Source: the human T2T-CHM13v2.0 reference genome, Homo sapiens
Length of the DNA: 64,000 nt
NCBI RefSeq assembly: GCF_009914755.1
Contig: NC_060947.1
Strand: one strand, 5' to 3'
Position 1 is the first letter of the stretch. Every line of letters starts with the position of its first letter. Below are positions 16,297-30,861 of this stretch, piece by piece. The notes beneath the pieces were generated by a model. It was not told the DNA's origin. It did no database searches and saw only the letters and a list, made by a program, of their open reading frames with translations. Made by a program: the position numbers and the translations under genes.

Positions 16297-16870
16297 TGTA
16301 GGAGCAAAAAGCTCTGGTTCACAGAACCAGCTAAAGATTCACAGAAGATCACTGGCATGTGGCAGATTGATTAACAGAAAACAAGGCATACAAATTTATT
16401 TATATGCAGGGGCCTTCAGAATGAAGATCCAACTTCCCAATCAGGGCCAGAAACTTAAATACCATCGTGAGGTGACAGAAGGGATGGGGGTTTGGGTCAT
16501 GGTAAAACAGGTGATGGGAGGAGGAGAGGAGGAATTCTATCGAGGGGCAATAAATGATTAGTAGGGAGAACGATTTGATCTGGAGACAGAGATCAACTTG
16601 TAAATAGTTTTTTCTTTTTCATTTAAATGATCCTTGGAGACAGTCATTATCTTGTAAAAGGGTCTGTTCTGGTGTAATTATATTTTTAGTAATAGATAAT
16701 GAGACAAAAGGAGAGGAATAAGAAGAATTGTTGTCCTTGGTAGGTCAGTCCTGTCCTTATATAGATGAGGACATTATCTTCTAATGCTCGTTCGTCTCCA
16801 GGAGTTTTTAATTCAAAGTACTCATTATAAGGGAGCCATATATTGGGGTGAAATATTTTCATTTTCTTCA
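16297..16870 (-). mobile_element. ERV1 MER4-group solo LTR (subfamily not assigned)
   Basis: TG...CA ends; reverse complement begins TGAAGAAAATGAAAATATTTCACCCCAATATATGG; ggcatacaaatttatt motif common to the group. Confidence 0.7.
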
Positions 16871-17129
16871 CCATGAGAAACAGAAAAAGAAAATTAAGTC
16901 TAAATGGATCAGAGATTTACTAGTGAAAAGAAAATCTTCATGTCTTTGAAAGAAACCAACCCGGATAAACTTGTGACTTCATGATAGGAAAACATATCTT
17001 GAACATTATAAAAATGACCCAATAAGTGAGCAGAATGATTTTTTTTGAATCTATGAAGTAAAGGTTTAAATTTTAATTGACATTTCTCCCAATGTGATGA
17101 GTGATAGCTTATTTGTAAATTAAATAGCA

Positions 17130-17421
<292 letters not shown>

Positions 17422-17439
17422 GTGAGCAGAATGATTTTA

Positions 17440-18640
17440 TGTGTGTATGTGTGTGTCTGCATATGTATAGATGTATATATACTCTCTGTATATATATGAA
17501 TATATTCTATATATTAGTTTATATGTAAGTATATAGATTCCATATATAAATATATACATTTATAGAATAATTTATAATATACATTTCTATAGTATATATT
17601 TACATATTATTTTAGAAGTATTTTATGTATAGATTTGATATGTATTTATATAAACTATATAAATTCATATATAGAGAATATATATAAAAATATATAATAT
17701 ATAAATATATAATTTATAAAATGTATCAGTATATAAGTATAATATAAATCAAATATAAAAATGCATAGGATATAGAAACACATGTAAAATAAAATATACA
17801 TGATATATGATATATAAATATGTCACATAAAAATATCACATATATTTATATATATTGATATTATATATATTATATAGATATTATATAGCATACATTTTAT
17901 ATAAATATGGTATATTTATTTCAATATATCATATTTACATAAATATATCACATATTTATAATATATTTATACATATAAAATAATATAAATATATGTAATA
18001 TAAATTATATATAATAATATAAATATATTACATATATAATATATTGATATATAATTTTATTATATTATATATTGATATATAATTTTATTATATTATATAT
18101 TGATATATAATTTTATTATATATTGATATATAATTTTATTATATTATATATTGATATATAATTTTATTATATTATATATTGATATATAATTTTATTAAAT
18201 TTTATATATAATTTTATTATATTATATATATAATTTTATTATATTATATATAATTTTATTATATTATATATTTATATGTAATTTTATTTTATTATATATT
18301 TATATATAATTTTATTATATATATTTATATATAATTTTATTATATATTTATATATAATTTTATTATATATATTTATATATAATTTTATTATATATATTTA
18401 TATATAATTTTATTATATATATTTATATATAATTTTATTATATATATTTATATATAATTTTATTATATATATTTATATATAATTTTATTATATATCATAT
18501 ATTTATATATGGTATATAATATATATTATAAATTATAAGCATATTATATATAAATATGATATATTTATATAAATATATAAATATACATGGTATACATTAT
18601 AATACATATAAATATGCATAATAATATATTTATATTACCT
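17440..18640. repeat. AT-rich (TA)n low-complexity tract with minisatellite core
   Basis: 18040-18490 consists of tandem ~21-28 bp units such as ATTTTATTATATTATATATTGATATATA / ATTTTATTATATATATTTATATATA. Confidence 0.93.
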
Positions 18641-19559
18641 TGTCCCTTCACCATTGGACTTTATTTTAAATCACAAGGGACTTTTCATCCTTTAAATTAT
18701 CAGATGTTTTTTACACCTGACTGAGAGGCCAGCTTGACTTGCAAGGCTGCCTTCCAATAGGGCCATTGTGCCCCACATCTTCAGTCGCACTAACCTGCCA
18801 TGATAATATCACACATGCTAATGAGAGTCTGACTTAATGCTTCAGAGTCAAATGGCTTTACTTTATTACACGCAAAATTAGAGAATGAGAACAACCGTTC
18901 TCTATCCTTGGCCATTTGCCACAATATCTGCATTGACCTTCAGCACTTTGCCAAAATCAATTTATAGATAGGATGAAGAGGTTTTTTTTAAGTGCTTTTT
19001 GTCTTGCCAATGAAATTTTTCTTAAATTAGTTCAAAAACGTATTTGTATGTTAGAGATGTGTCCATCTGCCAGACTTTGGGCCAGACGTTGCGGGCACAA
19101 GGTAAGAGGCTATTGATTTGATAAAGATGGAGACTTTTAATTCAAAGATGTTGTAATTCACAGACTCTTCTCATTGGAGATGCACATAATGTATAATTTA
19201 AGTGCAAACTCCTTAGGCAGTGAGAGTGAAGAGGAAATGGAAAAAGGGAAGAAGTTTTTAAGAGACAGATCAAACCACAGATGGAAAACCACTCACTAGA
19301 AAAAACCCTTTGAGCAGTTGCTTTCTCCAGTTACAGAATTTTGTGGTCCTAAGCCCCCATGCCATCCCTAATGCCAAAAAATAAGGCTTCTACACTCCAC
19401 TATGAATAATGGTTTAACTCCTCCTTTTAATTAATGCCAGAAAAGAACTAGTATACAGAAAGGCCATTTTTGTTCCGCTGGCAAAACTATGCCCATCACT
19501 GCAGCATTTTTATTTAATTTCATGTTACAAAACTATAATTCTACAACACTTTTGATTCT

Positions 19560-19761
19560 CAGATGGTTTTAAAAATGGAAGTCTCCCTGTAAAAGCTCTC
19601 TTCTCTTGTCTGCTTCCATGTGAGAGGTGTCTTTCACTTTCCACCATGATTGTGAAGCCTCCCCAACCACATGGAACTGTGAGTCCAATAAACCTCTTTC
19701 TTTTGTAAATTTCCCAGTCTTGGTTATGTCTTTATCAGCAGCGTGAAAATGGACTAATACA
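19560..19761 (+). mobile_element. THE1 LTR 3' half
   Basis: ...ccatgattgtgaagcctcccc...aataaacctctttc...atggactaataca. Confidence 0.85.
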
Positions 19762-19764
19762 GGA

Positions 19765-20062
19765 AGTTTTTCAACACGGGTCTCCCTTCTTCCTCACTTT
19801 TGGGATCTCCACTGTTTGTTGTTTCTACCTTTGTGTCCATGAGCACCCAATGTTCAGCTCCTACTTATAAGTGAGAACATGCAGTGTTTGGCTTTCTGTT
19901 CCTGCTTTAATTTGCTTAGGATGATGGTCTCCAGATGAATCCACTTGGCTGCAAAGGACATGATTGCATTCTTTTTTATGGCTGCATAGTATTCCATAAT
20001 TTAGATGTACCACATTTTCTTTACCCAGTCCACTCTTGATAGGCACATGAGTTGGTTCTATG
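19765..20062 (-). mobile_element. L1P (L1PA/PB) 3' end fragment
   Basis: ttataagtgagaacatgcagtgtttgg...ttttatggctgcatagtattccat, classic antisense L1 3' end. Confidence 0.85.
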
Positions 20063-20699
20063 ACATGTGCGTTTTAATTCCCCTTCCTGCTTCGGTTTTT
20101 TTTTTTTTTTTAATAGACATCAAGGTTTTTTCATTGTTGGGTTCCTGAATGCTGGTATGGAAAGTGGCTCAAGGTAGTCATTTTTCTCATTAGCTATATG
20201 GAAAATGAATAAAAAATAATATTGAAACCAGATTTATTTTTTGAAATGCTGGAATGCTTGATATTTGAGAGAGAAAAACTAAATGCACATTTATTTTATG
20301 AAATAGATCCATATTGGTTAGAACAGAAAGTAATAGTTAACCCAAATTTATGGCTTTACACTTTCTATCTAGATCTCCTATTCATTGCTCCAGTGCCAGA
20401 AGAAATCAAGCCAGTCTCATCAAACAAAATATCTCATGCATTTAAAAGTCTAACTTAGAATTTTTCTGCAATGCTTATTCAGGCAATTAATGAAGGTATT
20501 ATTAATTATAGAAATTGTTAATTAAATAATTAATTTGTTAATTGAATAATTTTTTACAAATTGAAAGAGTCTTTGAACTTACTTCAAGGCCAAATATGAT
20601 GTGTATGGTATTAATATTTTGGATATTTTTGAAGGTGTTGTATTAAATGTAGCAAAAAAATGAATCCAGTATGTAACTACACCAAAAGCAATCTCTTGA

Positions 20700-21049
<350 letters not shown>

Positions 21050-22380
21050 GCTTCACACTCTTAATGGCCAAATGTCTGTGGTAGAACAGACAACCACGTA
21101 GAAGTCTCTGTTTAGAGAAAAGCTGACTCAGAATCAAGGAAGTCAGTTTTCTGATCATGACAATTTTTGGATGTCGTTTTGAGAATTATCAGATGCTATG
21201 AGAAGGGAAATGACCTCTTATTTATAACTCTTGATCTAAGAGCTCTCGTCTTCTAACTCATTTCTGACTCTACCTGTTTATAACTGTATGATACAAAACA
21301 AAATAAGAAAAAACATTAGTAGAAACTGAGTTGTTATTTGAAATTAATTGTATTAAGTTGAAAGCCACAAAGTGTCATTTTTTCTTTTGAGTTATGGAGT
21401 TCGTAAATGAAGATTCAAATGTGGTTTATAAGCCTTATGAACTATTTTATCTATATAAAATAAGTCCTTCCGCTAGTTAGATAATTATACACTAAAATAT
21501 AGTCATATTGAATGCCTATGATGAAATCACAGGGCAGATTCTAACTATGGGGTAGAAGGATTTTAAATGTTTACTCACACATGGCATAGATATGCTGTTT
21601 GCACTGTTATTTTCTGTGCAGATACATGCATATCCTTTTCCTGTAAGTTATTTTGGAACCATGTCAGAAGTGGGCTGTGAGCTCTTATTGATAAAAGAAG
21701 TACTGCATTTCAATAGAAGATATCATTATCTGCAAAGTGAAATGACTGAGCTGGTTCCACCAGTGATCTATCAATCACAGCTTCTTGTATATTGACATGA
21801 GCCAGCACGGCATCACTGTTCAGATAGCTAACTTCACTCCAATCATGCCTTAGATCTAATTTTCACCTCAACAGGAATTAAAGGGTGCATGGGTACATGT
21901 TAACTGCAGCAGGTATGATCAGATGCATCCAGGATAAGTGAAGGTCATTTTATAAGTCATGTCAGATCACCCCTCCTCCCCACCAAAAATTATAAAATTA
22001 GATAAAAGTAGGAATGGAGTGGCTATTCCAGTTAAAAGAAACTAAAAAGAACAAATGTAAAGTGAGATATTTTATTGGATACCTCTGATGAAACTTGGAT
22101 ATCAATAGTGACATTTTATGATAGTGGAAAATTTACTTTGTTTTCATTTGATGTGTTGTAGCATTGCTGTGATGCGGGAAAATTTTCTTTTACCTTTGGA
22201 GAGAAGCATACTTCTGTATTTGGAGGGTGAAATGCTAGGATTGAATTGGTTAAGAATACATGCCAATAACTGACTATATCTCTATGAATGCATGTTGATA
22301 TTCTGTATTTCTAAGTCTGGGGAATACTCACGGTCCATACAATGTCCATTCACATTGTATGGAGACATTTTGAAAGGGTC

Positions 22381-22671
22381 TGATTAGTCCATTTTCATGC
22401 TGCTAATAAAAACTTAGCCGAGACTGAGTAATTTATAAAGGAAAGAGGTTTAATGGACTCACAGTTCCACGTGGCTGGGGAGGCCTCAAAATCATGGTGG
22501 AAGGTGAGGGACAAAGGCACATCTCACACGGCAGCACACAAAAGAACATGTGCAGGGGAACACCTCTTCATAAAACCATCAGATCTCGTGAGACTTATTT
22601 ACTATCACGAGAACAGCATGGGAAAAACCTGCTCCGGGGATTCAATTACCTCCCACCACTGGGTCCCTTCC
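22381..22671 (-). mobile_element. Truncated THE1/MST LTR fused to an Alu 5' fragment (22672-22702)
   Basis: attagtccattttcatgctgctaataaa THE1 end; abrupt switch to gattacaggtgtgagccactgcaccagcc. Confidence 0.85.
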
Positions 22672-23729
22672 GCGATTACAGGTGTGAGCCACTGCACCAG
22701 CCTTAGATTTTTCTTAAAATTCAATGATATGGATTAAATGTGCCATTCTTTCCACTTTTAAATAATTGCGAAAATTGAAGACAACAGATAAACAACATAA
22801 CACCTGGCTTCAGAAAGAAAGAAACACTGATTAAAGAATATATGTCATTATGATATAGATGAAGTTTGAGTAGAAATCTAAAAAGCAGTGGAAGGCAGCA
22901 TTGTTTACTTTGGGAAAATGACATAAGCCCAGTTTAATCTTTAAAACATTACTTTGGATAACTGACATGCTGATATCATAGTAAAATTCCCAGTACCCCT
23001 GAGCTAAAGGCCACGCACTGCTTATTAAGAACCGAGAAAAATAACTGCCATATTTGTTCCAAGCTAGAATACAGAAAGAAGGTCTTATAGGTATTTCAAT
23101 CAAATTGGACCAGAAATGGGACAGAGGGAAACTATCATGCTGCACTTTTAGGAATAATTCAGTAACATTTGGAGAAATAAGGAAATGAGAGCTATGGTTT
23201 GAGCTTGAGAAAAATAATCTCTGTTTTTGTCTACAGTGTAGGAGAGAGAAGCACCTGTGTCCAATGGGAAATACCCAATCGGAGTTTCCAGGGAAGGAAA
23301 AGTACAGAAGCCTTCTAGTAAAAGATTCTTCCTAGAAAAGAAAATAGATCTAAATTCATTCAGAATCCTAATTGAAAGACAAATGAAAAGATTCTACTAC
23401 TGTGCAAGAAAACCTTCTAATTCAGAACAATTCCATACATTATGTTACTTAAGAGAGAATAAGATGAGTTTAAAAGTTGGATGTCCTGGAATAATTAAGA
23501 GAAGCTTCTATGATTGCCAACAGTGAAACCAGAAACACAACATACTACTTGATAAGTGATTAAACTCTCATAAGTTCTGTTTGTGTAAATTCTGCTTGGG
23601 TGGCAGTTTCCTGTATGATTGAACTAATTTTTGCATGCATTAGCCTATGCTTTTTGGAGCTATAAATAGAACTGTACAATTTTTATTGAAATATACATAA
23701 GTGAAAGTCATGGTTTTAAATATACAATT

Positions 23730-24098
23730 TGTATTAGTCCACTTTTATACTGCTATGAAAGAATACCCGAGACTGGGTAATTTATAAAGAAAAAAAGGCT
23801 TAATGGACTCACAGTTCAGCATTGCTGGGGGCTTCAGGAAACTTACAATCATGGCGGAAGAGGAAGCAAACATGGCCTTCTTCACATGGTGGTAGCAAGG
23901 AGAAGTGCTGAGCCAAAGGGGGAAAAGCCCCTTATAAAACCATCAGATCTCATGAAGACTCACTCACTATCACGAGAACAGTATGGGGGAAACCGCCCCC
24001 ATAACTCAATTATCTCCACCTGGTCCCACCCTTGACATGTGTGGATTATTACAATTCAAGGTGAGATTTGGGTGGGGATGCAGAGCCAAACCATATCA
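23730..24098 (-). mobile_element. THE1D/MSTA solo LTR
   Basis: tgtattagtcc...ccaaaccatatca; 5-bp TSD (c/t)aatt. Confidence 0.9.
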
Positions 24099-24676
24099 TA
24101 ATTCAATGAATATTCTCAAATATGTATAAGTAGGTATGCATTACCAACACCAGAAGAAAACATGAAAAGTGTATTCCTACCACACCAGAAAAATGACTTT
24201 CTGGTAAACCCCTTTTATGCCCAGAGGCAGACATGATTCTGTCATTTAACATCCCAGGTTAGCTTCTTTGCTCTTGAAATTTTTTATGAACAGCATCTTA
24301 TAGTAGGCATTTTTTTTTCTCCAGCCCCTTTTACTACACATAATGTTTAGGGGATTCATTCACTTTGTTGTGCCTATTACCTTTCTTAAAACATTTTAAC
24401 TATTGAACAGCATTTCATTATATGAAAAACATTGCAGTGTAGCTGCGTATTCTCCTATTAAAGGGCATTTGGCTGCTTTTACCTTAAGGCCTGTACGAAA
24501 CAAGTTGAAATGATAATTCATGTGTGTGTCCATAAACACCTACGTGTAGAATGAAGTGGTCATGGGTGTATATGTGTGTAATTTGTTGTATGTATATATA
24601 TGCCCATGAACGTGGTCAAAATGGGCAAATAGTTTACAAATAAATACAGATACAATAGGAAATATGTATGTGGCAT

Positions 24677-24677
24677 A

Positions 24678-24748
<71 letters not shown>
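24677..24748. repeat. Compound (TG)n(TA)n microsatellite
   Basis: Direct observation. Confidence 0.95.
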
Positions 24749-24752
<4 letters not shown>

Positions 24753-25176
24753 CTGGTCCCACCCTTGACTCGTGGGGATTATTATACATAGGTATATGCC
24801 ATGTGTATGTTTCCTATAATGCCTGTACTTATAAAATATTTAGTAAAAAGTATACATTCAAATATTTATGCATGTATACACAAACATATTAATATGAATA
24901 AATCATTTACGTTTTATATCTGTGCTACACAAATGATTTATTTAAATATTTATGGATTTAAATGAATATTCATGTATATCTATATAATATTTATTTATAT
25001 ATATTTATATAGTCCTTAATCTAGATAAATTTCATTTTATTGATATATGCATGGTGAATAACTTTTTCCAATAGATGTGGGGTAAATGAAACATAGTATG
25101 TGACAATTTGTGAGATGGACCTAAAGCAATGACAAATACACTTGCATAGCATCGCATACACATCCTAAAAGATAAG

Positions 25177-25536
25177 TGTATTAGTCCGTTTTCACACTGC
25201 TAATAGAGACATACCCGAGACTGGGTAATTTATAAAGAAAAACAGGTTTAATGGACTCACAGTTTCACATGGCTGGGGAGGCCTCACAATCAAGGCAGCA
25301 GGCGAAAGCCACGTCTTACCTGGTGGCAGACAAGAGAGAATGAGAGCCAAGTGAAAGGGATTTCCTTTCTAAAATCTTCAGCTCTCATGAAACTTAATGA
25401 CTACCACGAGAACAGTGTAGGGGAAATCGCCCCCATGATTCAATTAACTCCCACTGGATCCCTCCCACAGCATGTGGGAATTATGGGAACTACAATTCAA
25501 GATGAGATTGGGTGGGGACACAGCCAAATCAGATCA
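25177..25536 (-). mobile_element. THE1B/C solo LTR
   Basis: tgtattagtccgttttcacactgct...cagccaaatcagatca; TSD a(t/g)aag; sits in an old L1 fragment. Confidence 0.9.
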
Positions 25537-26039
25537 AGAAGAAATGTGATATATTAAGGAACTCATTTTATCAACTTAAGAAGCTATAAAAAGAAGAGCC
25601 ATTAAACTCAGAGATGGGACAGGAGATAAGATAATGAAATAATGAACCGAGGTCCAATTAAACCAAAGCAAGTGAAAGGAAGTAATAAAGATAAGAAGTA
25701 GGATTCCACTAAAGAGAAAACAATAGAGATATTTAAGAGAGCCTAAAAGTTGTTTCTTTCAAAAGATCAAGAAAATCAATAGACCCTGAAAGAATTGTAG
25801 CACCTGGGAATATCCTTGTGTGAGACCCCAGAGTCGAGCTAAAGCACATTTACATCAACTCAGAGTGTTGCCTATTAGCATTTGGCTTTCTCTGTCCTTC
25901 ATCCTTAAACCCAACCATCACTATCAGTACACATCTGTTTTGCTTTTACTGGAATTTTCATAGCCATGAAAGCTTCAGTAGGTATTCAGTTGTCCCCAGA
26001 TAAGCATTGTATTTTTGATGTTCCATGATGGCGTAGGTA

Positions 26040-27660
26040 CCAGAAGTTCCTTAGACTTTATTTCTGCAGAGAATTCCGTTCTATGGCTAGGCTACACTTT
26101 GTCTTTTCCTCAGCCGCTCATGGACATTTGAGTCATTTCTAGTTTCTAGCAGCTATTACTAAGGCTGCTATAAAAATTCACAGGCACGTTATTAGAGAAA
26201 ATACATTTTTTCTCTCTTGAGCAAATATCTAAGAGTGAAATTACTGTGTCATGAAGAATGTTTATATTTAGCTTGATAAGAATATGCCAAACCTTTTTTC
26301 CAAGGTGGTTTAACCATTTTGCTGGGTGCAATGGCTCAGGCCTGTAATCCAAGCACTTTGGGAGGCCGAGGCAGATGGATCACCTGAGGTAAGGAGTTAG
26401 AGACCAGCCTGGCCAACATGGTGAAACCCCGTCCCTACTAAAAATACAAAAATTAGCTGGGTTGGGTGGTGCACACCTGTAGTCCTAGCTACTTGGGAGG
26501 CTGAGGCAGGAGAACCCAGGAGGCAGAGTTTGCAGTGAGTTGAGATTGTGCCACTGCACTCCAGCCTGGGTGAGGAAGTGAAACTCTGTTTCCAAAAACA
26601 CAAACAAAAACTATGTGGTTTAACCATTTACTTTCCCACCAGTAATGTATGAGAATGGTTTGCCAATATTGTGTTACTATTTTTCATTTTACCCATTTTA
26701 ATATGTGTGCACTAATATTTATTTTTGGATTTAATTTGCATTTCACTGATAACTAATGATGCCAAATATCAATTAATATGTTTATTTGACATATATACAT
26801 ATACACACACACATATATAATGTTCTTTTACCCAATGCAAATTTTAAAAAGATGTTGTCTCTCATCATCAAGTTATAAGTTTTTGTTTTAGATACCCCAT
26901 ATACAAGATCCATGCCTGTTACATGAGTCGCTAATGGTTTTTCCCCAGTCTGTTACATATATATAGTAACAGTGTCTTTTGAAAATAAAAATATTTCAAT
27001 TTTTATTGTCTATATTTAAAAAAAATTTTTTGTGGTATGTGGGGAGTGTGTGTGTGTTCAGTATGAGATCTTTGTTTAACTCAGTGGTACAAACACTTTT
27101 CTCTTAAATTTAGGTTTAGCATTTTATATTTTAACATTAACAGGATTTATTATTTATGCAGTTAGTTTTTGTCCATAATGTGAGGAAACTTGAGGTTCAT
27201 TATTTTTTTCCCATTTGGATACCCAGATGGGAAAATGTCAGCCTTCGTAATGTACATCAAATGCATAGTGATTATACTCCTCTACAGTTTTCTGAGATTT
27301 TGCATAAGATTGAAATAATTTTTTTCTTAAATCTCTGATAGACTTCATCAGAAAGCCACTTGAACCTGGAGTTCCTTTTTCGAAGGTTTTTAATATTCAC
27401 ATTTGATTTTTAAAATGTATGTATGGCAATTCAAGTTTTCTTGTACTAACATGCACTTTAGGTAATGCGTGTTTTTCCAGAATTTGTTCATTTCAGAAAG
27501 GTTGTCCATAGTTCATTGGCATAAAGTTGTTATCCATAGTTCCTTACTATTTCCTCAATATATGTATGGTGTCTTCTATTTTATTACTATATTGGAAATT
27601 GTAAAAGTTTCTTTGTTCTTGACAAGTCTTACTAGGTATATATAATTTTCATTAGTTATA
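26040..27660 (-). mobile_element. Old L1M fragments, antisense
   Basis: ttcccaccagtaatgtatgag, atttgcatttcactgataactaatgatg and similar antisense L1 landmarks; extent approximate. Confidence 0.65.
26320..26610 (+). mobile_element. AluSx-like
   Basis: TSD gtggtttaaccattt; small deletion in right arm. Confidence 0.93.
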
Positions 27661-27890
27661 TAAAAATAACTTTTTAAAAACTTTAAAAAAATTTTTGAAG
27701 TAGAGACTCAAAGAAGTTGCAAAAATGATTCAGAGGGTCACCTGTATCTTTTATACAATGTGCTGAATGGTACCATCTTCTGTAACTGCAGCACAATATC
27801 ACAATATCAACACAGGGACATCAGAATTTATTCAGTGCTACTGTTAATTATACTACAGACTTTTTTCAGACTTCACCAGTTTTTATATGC

Positions 27891-27892
<2 letters not shown>

Positions 27893-27930
<38 letters not shown>
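27893..27930. repeat. (TG)n microsatellite
   Basis: Direct observation. Confidence 0.95.
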
Positions 27931-27931
<1 letters not shown>

Positions 27932-28530
27932 ATGTAAGGAAAAATCAACATTTGATTTTAATTTTCTTTAATGATTCAATATTCTGTTTCAATGATTTAC
28001 TATTTGTTTTTTTCAATTCCTCCTTATATTCCATTAAATTTCTCGTTTGTTAGCTTTTTAAACGTGAAAACTTAGTTGAATTTATGTTTGTTTATTCATA
28101 TAAGGATCTAAAGAATTAGATATTTTCTTTAATTTCTGCTTTGCTTGCATATGACAAATTGTGATATATTTTGTTTTCATTTTCTTCCAACTCAAAATAT
28201 TTTTCCAACTTTCCCGAAGATAGCTTCTGTGATCAATGGTAATTAAGAAGGGTGTTCTTTAGTTCCTAAATATTTGAGGATATTCTACATATACAGTGTT
28301 TATTGACTTCTAATTTAACGTCATTGGGATTGGTAATTAGCATAAAATACAAGAAAATATTTGATCAAAATAGACAGTAAAGAAAAACCAGAGGAGAAAG
28401 GAAAAATATGTTGAAAGAAGTGCAAAACAAATAGTAAAAATGAGAGGTCTTTCTCCAAATATATGAAAAATTGCATAAAATCACAAGGCATAATTTACCA
28501 AAGAGAAGTAATAAGATGTAAACTTATGCT

Positions 28531-28700
28531 ATTAGCTGGGCATGGTGGTAGATGCCTGTAGTCCCAGCTACTTGGGAGGCTGAGGGAGGCTGACGTGGGA
28601 GGATCGCTTGAGCCCAGGAGCTTGAGGCTGCAGTGAGCCATAATTGCACCTTTGCATTCCAGCCTAGGTGACAGAACAAGACCCTGCCTCAAAAAAAAAA
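28531..28700 (+). mobile_element. Alu right arm (FRAM/AluJ)
   Basis: attagctgggcatgg...ctcaaaaaa. Confidence 0.88.
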
Positions 28701-28704
28701 GTTT

Positions 28705-29240
28705 CTTTAAAATTTATGCTGTCTACAAGAGGAATACTTTAAATTTGAAGAAATGCATTGGTTGAGATTAAAAGAATGGAAAAAAGATGTGACATAACAC
28801 TAAAGATGGAAAGCTAGAAAACGTATATTGATATCAGAAAAAGTAGATTTCAAGACAGGGTGTGCTACTTTGGTAATAAGAGACTTTGCATGATGACAAA
28901 GCTCAGTGTATCCAGGAGAGATCGAAATTATGAATGTATATGTGTTCAATACAATGGCTTCAAAATCTGTGAATGAGAAACTGAGTAAATAAGAAAGATA
29001 GACAAAACCAATAACAAAAAATAGGTGGATATTCTAAAACAACAGTCACAGTAATTGATAGAACAAATAAGCTAAATAGACTAAAAGACAGTCAGTATAG
29101 AATATCTGAACAATATTATTCACCACCAAACGTTATTTATACTTACTGCATAGACACTAAAAATTTCCAGAATGTGCATTTTTTTTCAAGTGCACAGGGA
29201 AGTTTAACTAAGGTAGACTAACCCTATTCTGGGTTATAAC
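28705..29240 (+). mobile_element. Old L1M ORF2 endonuclease-region fragment
   Basis: atgctgtctacaagag, atatcagaaaaagtagatttcaagaca, ttttcaagtgcacagggaa resemble L1 EN landmarks. Confidence 0.7.
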
Positions 29241-29888
29241 ACAAAATAGAGTACACTTTTATGCAAACTTTAACTTTTAATAAGCAATTCCAATGTTTTC
29301 TGTCCTGCATTGTTACCGAGGGGAAGTCAGCTATTATTCATACCATTGTTTTCCTGTATGTACCATGTCATTTTTGTTTTCTTGCTGATTTCAAAACTTC
29401 TCCTTTTCATGTTTGTATTTTGGATGTTTCACCCAAGAAAAACCACTGACACCCTCTGACCCTCCTTTTCTCATCTTCTAGCATGGTAATAATAATATTG
29501 ATGACTTTGGAAGGATTACAGATAATCTACCTAAAGTGGCTACTCTTTATGTTGTATTTCAAGTCTTCTAAAAGAATGAAAGTTCAGTTCCAGTGATTGT
29601 GGTCTTCCTCCGGGAACCTAGGTACTGTTGAGCTCCACCTACTAAATGACTTCACACTTTAAAGTGAGCCAAGGCCCTAGTCAAATACATCTCAATGGAC
29701 TACTAGTTATCCCCATGATATGCAGTGGAGCAGAAGTCCTGTCCCTGATGGGGTGACCTCCCTGGTTTTCAGCACCAATTCTATCAATTAGTAGGTGGAC
29801 CCATGTTTAGTCCTAGATGGGCTAGCATGATATGAGCCACTTGGCCTAGCTTAAGAGGAATGCATTGCTCTTTCTATATTTTCCTCTG

Positions 29889-30233
29889 TGATGTGGATTG
29901 GCTGTGTCCCCACCCAAATCACATCTTCAACTGTAGCTCCCATAATTCCCATGTGTTGTGGGAAGGACCTGGTGGGAGATAATTGAATCGTGGGGGCAGT
30001 TTCCCCCATATTGTTTTCATCCTAGTGGTCTGATGGTTTTATAAGGGGTTTCCCCTTTCACTTGGCTCTTTCTTTCTTGCCTGATTCTATGTAAGACGTG
30101 ACTTTCACCTTCTGCCATGATTGTGAGGCCTCCCCAGCCACGTGGAACTGTGAGTCCATTAAACCTGTTGTTCTTTATAACTTACCCCATCTCAGATATG
30201 TGTTTATCAACAGCATGAAAATGGACAAATACA
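29889..30233 (+). mobile_element. THE1B/C solo LTR
   Basis: tgatgtggattggctgtgtccccaccc...atggacaaataca; perfect TSD CTCTG. Confidence 0.92.
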
Positions 30234-30828
30234 CTCTGGTTGCCTGATTTTTTTCTGGAGTATGCCATCCTTGAAATCTGAATTTTGACATAGAAAGAAC
30301 TGAGAGTTACATACGGATTTTGGGAACATAGAACAAAGGAAATCCCTTTCAAAAATCTGCCTTATTTCTGGCTTAGGTGGCATATTCTTTCCCATGAATC
30401 AATTTAGCTGGACAGCATTCTACATTATGATTTGAGGTAAACCTCCATCCATTGATAAAGTGATTTTAACATTGTCTGGTCTCCTGTGATTATAGTTTCC
30501 TCAGGGTTTGCTGTCATGGGGTAGGATTTGGAAGATGTAGTAGCCTTCCCAGAGAAAACGTTATTTTAATTTTACTTTCTCATATTAAGTAAAAAGTGAC
30601 TTTTTATGATTTCCTCTTGGTGTTCCTTCTCTCACACAGACACACATATGTACACATTTCTACATATACACATTTGTATAAAATCTTTTATATATAGTTT
30701 TATATATGCAAAATCTATGTATACAGATTTTATATATATAGAAATCTATATATAGATGCTATATATAGATTTCTATATATTTATATATACTGATATATAT
30801 GATAGAAATCTATATATCTAGGGAGATT

Positions 30829-30861
<33 letters not shown>

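Noticed and set aside
23730-25536. Two same-strand THE1 LTRs ~1.1 kb apart as a full THE1 element
   Set aside because: Each has its own TSD, they look like different subfamilies, and the spacer is L1/microsatellite rather than THE1 internal sequence.
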